Shown: one piece after another, positions 60,724 through 64,000 of the stretch
How positions within the stretch are numbered: the stretch's first letter is position 1
Layout of the letters: each line of letters begins with the position of its first letter
Source of the DNA: a bacterium
GTDB lineage: Bacteria > UBA8248
Direction: 5' to 3'
DNA: 64,000 nt
NCBI GenBank assembly: GCA_965221165.1
Contig: CBDCRP010000003.1
Coordinates: 736,001 to 800,000 of the forward strand
Position numbers and translations under genes: made by a program
The notes under the pieces: generated by a model
The model's input: only the letters and a program-made list of their open reading frames with translations
The model's database searches: none
Told to the model about the DNA's origin: nothing

Positions 60724-61358
60724 GTCTTTCCTGGAAGCGTCGCGCATCGAACACGGAATACGCCGAGCAGGCGAGGCTCCGCGCCGAGCTCTACCGGGTT
60801 CAGGCCCGGGCGATGCTCGACCCGCTCGACTCGGAACTCGCGGCGTTCCTACAAGAGAACTACCCGTTCCTGTTCCCGGAAAAATTCGAGGTCACGGAAG
60901 AATCCCTCCAAAAACTCCGGGTCGATTTCACGAACCTGTTCGTGCTCTCCTCCCCTCCCTACGAAGCCGCCCTCATGGATGAAAGCGGACACCTGAATTC
61001 CAAGGCCACGGATGCGGTGGCCGATTTCTACCGGGCCTGCGGCTACAACCCCGGACGGGGCAGCGCCGGTCTCGCCCACCCCAGCGTCCTGGCGATGGAT
61101 CACTTGAGCGTGGAACTGGAATTCCTGGCCCGGCTCGCCACCGAAGAAGCGGACGCCTGGGAGGAAGGAAACGCCGACTTGGCGCGGGAGAAACTATCTT
61201 TAAGCGCGCGCTTCATGGACGAGCACTTCATGCGCTGGATGCCCGTCTACACGTCGAGCATGGAAGAGGACGCGGAAACGCATCTGTACCGCGAACTCGC
61301 CAAATGGATACGGGAATTCGCCTTCTCGGACAGAAAATACATCGTCAAAGCGCTCTAG
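60720..61358 (+). CDS. TorD/DmsD-family molybdoenzyme chaperone
   Basis: ATGA overlap; PPYE, DHLSVELEFL, F..EH..RW. Confidence 0.88.
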   Translation: MSLSWKRRASNTEYAEQARLRAELYRVQARAMLDPLDSELAAFLQENYPFLFPEKFEVTEESLQKLRVDFTNLFVLSSPPYEAALMDESGHLNSKATDAVADFYRACGYNPGRGSAGLAHPSVLAMDHLSVELEFLARLATEEADAWEEGNADLAREKLSLSARFMDEHFMRWMPVYTSSMEEDAETHLYRELAKWIREFAFSDRKYIVKAL

Positions 61359-61417
61359 TCGCATGGGCGGCGATTATTTCTCAATGATTCGGATTTTCTT
61401 CTCAACGCTTGTGACGA

Positions 61418-61810
61418 CTAGGAAGCATCCTCGTTCATGGCGCGCGCCCATTTCCGGGCTTGCGAGAGGTGGCGTCTGAGCGCGCGCGTTTTCCGGGACC
61501 AATCGCGCCACGCGGCCTTGGACGGCGGGCACGCCTTCGCCCAGGCGCGGTACCGGGCAAGGTTCTCCCCCGCAACCTCATCGATGCGCCCGAGCAGTTC
61601 CTGAACCCGGCCGTCCGAACCCGCCTCGCGAAAAAGATTTTCCAGCATTCTGGCGCGGTTCTGAACGCCCGCGCGCAGCCCCATCTCCAAGGCCAGGCCG
61701 CGAATGCGGCTTCGTGTGAGGAATATGCCCGAGCGGGCGGGCGTTACGAGAAAAGCGGACAACTCGTGCAGGTTCCCGCCCTCGAATGTTCGTGTGATGT
61801 CGGAACTCAT
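61418..61810 (-). CDS. Hypothetical protein (130 aa)
   Basis: Helical-looking ORF filling the gap; no motif recognised. Confidence 0.6.
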   Translation of the reverse strand: MSSDITRTFEGGNLHELSAFLVTPARSGIFLTRSRIRGLALEMGLRAGVQNRARMLENLFREAGSDGRVQELLGRIDEVAGENLARYRAWAKACPPSKAAWRDWSRKTRALRRHLSQARKWARAMNEDAS

Positions 61811-62092
61811 AGCGCGTCCATATTACGCCAAAATGAAATATATGCCACCGCGCCATGCGATTTTCCGCGAATCCGGCGCGCCGAGGCCTGGTGATTCCCC
61901 GGGGGGAAAATGCCCATGCACCGCCCTTCCACAAGAATATCGGCGCGAAAACCCGTTTCGTTATGACAGGTCGCCCCCCTTCGTGCTATGAGAAAGAAAA
62001 ACGCAGCCCGCACCGGGGCGGCATGACGAACAAAACCTCCGGCGCGGACGTATACAAATTTCCCTATTCCCCTCACACGTCGATTTCATTTT

Positions 62093-62926
62093 ATGGACGA
62101 GCCAGTCGCTTTGGAAGCAAACACCGATTTCGCCATTATCCTCGTGCGCCCGAGGGGTGCGCGCAACGTGGGCGCCATCGCGCGCGTCATGTCGCATTTC
62201 GGCTTGTCGGACTTGCGCCTCGTCTCGCCCCAATGCGACGTCAAAAGCGTGGAAGCCCGCTCGATGGCCATGAACGCGCAACCCTTGCTGGCGGGAGCGG
62301 AGCATTTCGCGAGCCTCCGCGAGGCCTCTCACGATTGCGGGTGGCTGGTGGGTACCTCGAGGCGTCTGGGCAGAAAGCGACAGCCCACCATGCGCCCGCG
62401 CGAGGATGCGGGAGCTCTGCTCGCGCGCGCATCGACCATGAAAGTCGGCCTGGTGTTCGGGCAGGAGGACAAGGGCCTGTTCACGGAGGAGCTGAGCCTG
62501 TGCCAGGAGAAACTCCTCATCCCGGCGCTGCCCGGTGGTGAATCGTTCAACCTCTCCCAGGCCGTTCTTCTCGTCCTTTGGGAGCTTTTCAGCCAGAACC
62601 AAATGACTCCTCCCCGAGAGAGCGACGCGAAGCCGGAGTACGTGCATGAATATGAACCCGCATCGCGCGAGGAAATCGAAGGCCTCGTGGATCATCTGCT
62701 CGAATCCATGGAGCAGATAGGTTTCACTCCCCACAACGACCCGGATCGCGTGGCCCGGACTTTCAGGAAAATGCTCGACAGACTGGGGCCGGACGAGAGA
62801 GAGGTTCGGGTGATGCGGGGCGTGCTGCGGCAAGCGATTTGGAAACTCTTTCATCCGGGGAAAAAAGACGGGTCGCAAGAGTCCATCGTCGCCCCCCGCC
62901 CGGATGAAGCGGATGAAGAACGCTAG
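62093..62926 (+). CDS. trmJ: SPOUT RNA methyltransferase, TrmJ/LasT family
   Basis: ILVRP..ARNVGAIAR, VGTSRR, VFGQEDKGL, SFNLSQAV. Confidence 0.85.
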   Translation: MDEPVALEANTDFAIILVRPRGARNVGAIARVMSHFGLSDLRLVSPQCDVKSVEARSMAMNAQPLLAGAEHFASLREASHDCGWLVGTSRRLGRKRQPTMRPREDAGALLARASTMKVGLVFGQEDKGLFTEELSLCQEKLLIPALPGGESFNLSQAVLLVLWELFSQNQMTPPRESDAKPEYVHEYEPASREEIEGLVDHLLESMEQIGFTPHNDPDRVARTFRKMLDRLGPDEREVRVMRGVLRQAIWKLFHPGKKDGSQESIVAPRPDEADEER

Positions 62927-62971
62927 CTCCGGGCGCCGTACCGAGAGGAATCGATTCGGGGTGCGTGACGC

Positions 62972-64000
62972 ATGAAACTCGATGACTTCGACTATCACCT
63001 GCCCCGGAATCTCATCGCCCGATACCCGCCTCCGAACCGCGAAGACGCGAGGCTCCTCTACCTGCCCAAGGCGGATGAGGCGCTCGGGCATCTCCGGATC
63101 ACCGACCTGCCGCGCTATCTGCGCCCCGGAGATCTGGTTGTCCTGAACGACACGAAGGTCAATCCCTGGAGGATTCACGGCTGGCGCAAGAGCGGCGGGC
63201 GGGTGGAAGCCCTGCTGCTCAAACAACTCTCGCCGCGAAAATTCCGCGCTATGCTGCACGCCAATCGCCCGCTGGCGGAGGGCGAAACCATCGTTTTTGA
63301 CGAGGAGCGCCACGCCACGCTAGGGCCGCAGGGCCGGGAAAGAGAGCTCGAATTCTCCTCTCCAGACAATCTTGATGATTGGCTGGAATCTTTCGGGGAG
63401 ATGCCGATTCCGCCCTATCTGGGCAGAAGAGCCGAGGCGGTCGACAAGGAGCGCTATCAAACCGTTTTCGCCCGAAACCCGGGGGCGGCGGCCGCCCCGA
63501 CGGCGGGCCTGCACTTGAGCGCAAAGATGATGAAAAACATCTCGGCCGCCGGCGCCCGCATCGCCAGGCTCACCCTCCACGTGGGAGCCGCGACGTTTCG
63601 GCCCGTTCAAACGGAAAACATCGAAGAACACGAGATGGACGCGGAAAACTATATTCTGACCGAAGAAGCCGTCGCCTCGATTCATGAGGCCAAAGCGGGT
63701 GGCGGCCGCATCCTGGCCGTGGGAACGACGGTGGTGCGGGCTTTGGAATCCGCGTATATCGAGGCGGCCGCGCGCGGCCAATCCCTACAGCCGGGAGAAT
63801 TCAGCACCCGCTTGTTCATCAAACCAGGATTTCGTTTTCAGGTGGTGGACACGATGCTGACCAATTTTCACCTGCCGCGCTCGACCCTGTTCATGCTCGT
63901 GGCGGCGTTCGCGGGAAGGGACAGAATTCTGAACGCCTATGCGGAGGCCATCAAGCAAGGCTATCGATTCTACAGCTATGGGGACGCCATGCTGATAGGC
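62972..64000 (+). CDS. queA: S-adenosylmethionine:tRNA ribosyltransferase-isomerase (runs off the window end)
   Basis: Not in the ORF track. Hand translation: MKLDDFDYHLP, LNDTKV, MPIPPY, RYQTVFA, AAPTAGLH, AVGTT, TNFHLPRSTL, YRFYSYGDAMLI. Confidence 0.95.
   Translation, partial: MKLDDFDYHLPRNLIARYPPPNREDARLLYLPKADEALGHLRITDLPRYLRPGDLVVLNDTKVNPWRIHGWRKSGGRVEALLLKQLSPRKFRAMLHANRPLAEGETIVFDEERHATLGPQGRERELEFSSPDNLDDWLESFGEMPIPPYLGRRAEAVDKERYQTVFARNPGAAAAPTAGLHLSAKMMKNISAAGARIARLTLHVGAATFRPVQTENIEEHEMDAENYILTEEAVASIHEAKAGGGRILAVGTTVVRALESAYIEAAARGQSLQPGEFSTRLFIKPGFRFQVVDTMLTNFHLPRSTLFMLVAAFAGRDRILNAYAEAIKQGYRFYSYGDAMLIG

Noticed and set aside
62000-62040. ATGACGAACAAAACC shared with position 28812
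   Set aside because: Probably a decayed repeat remnant; too short to define an element.

Overview
64 kb of a mostly GC-rich, probably Gram-negative bacterial chromosome (it has an autotransporter, a lipoprotein and a Tat substrate). Core genes: sdhCAB, tyrS, an aspartate aminotransferase, coaD, moaB, korAB, trmJ-like and partial queA. There are many orphan catabolic enzymes: two amidohydrolases, three degenerate M24-fold proteins, VOC proteins, SDRs, a cyclase, an RraA-family protein, a 4-domain rhodanese and two molybdopterin enzymes. I found no tRNA, rRNA, CRISPR array, transposase or integrase. The most unusual signals are non-coding. (i) A pair of 100-120 bp imperfect inverted repeats (12178-12278 and 26212-26331), built from 10-bp-phased A-tracts, an IHF-like box and a G-run, brackets a ~14 kb segment that is mostly AT-richer and carries a VWA-less MoxR ATPase module. 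(ii) A 361 bp MITE with 15 bp TIRs and a GATGA target duplication sits in a nested pile of repeats at 28.5-29.3 kb. (iii) GTAG-type REP clusters are shared between 11.6-11.9, 26.5 and 28.8-29.3 kb. All calls come from reading motifs by eye; no searches were run.
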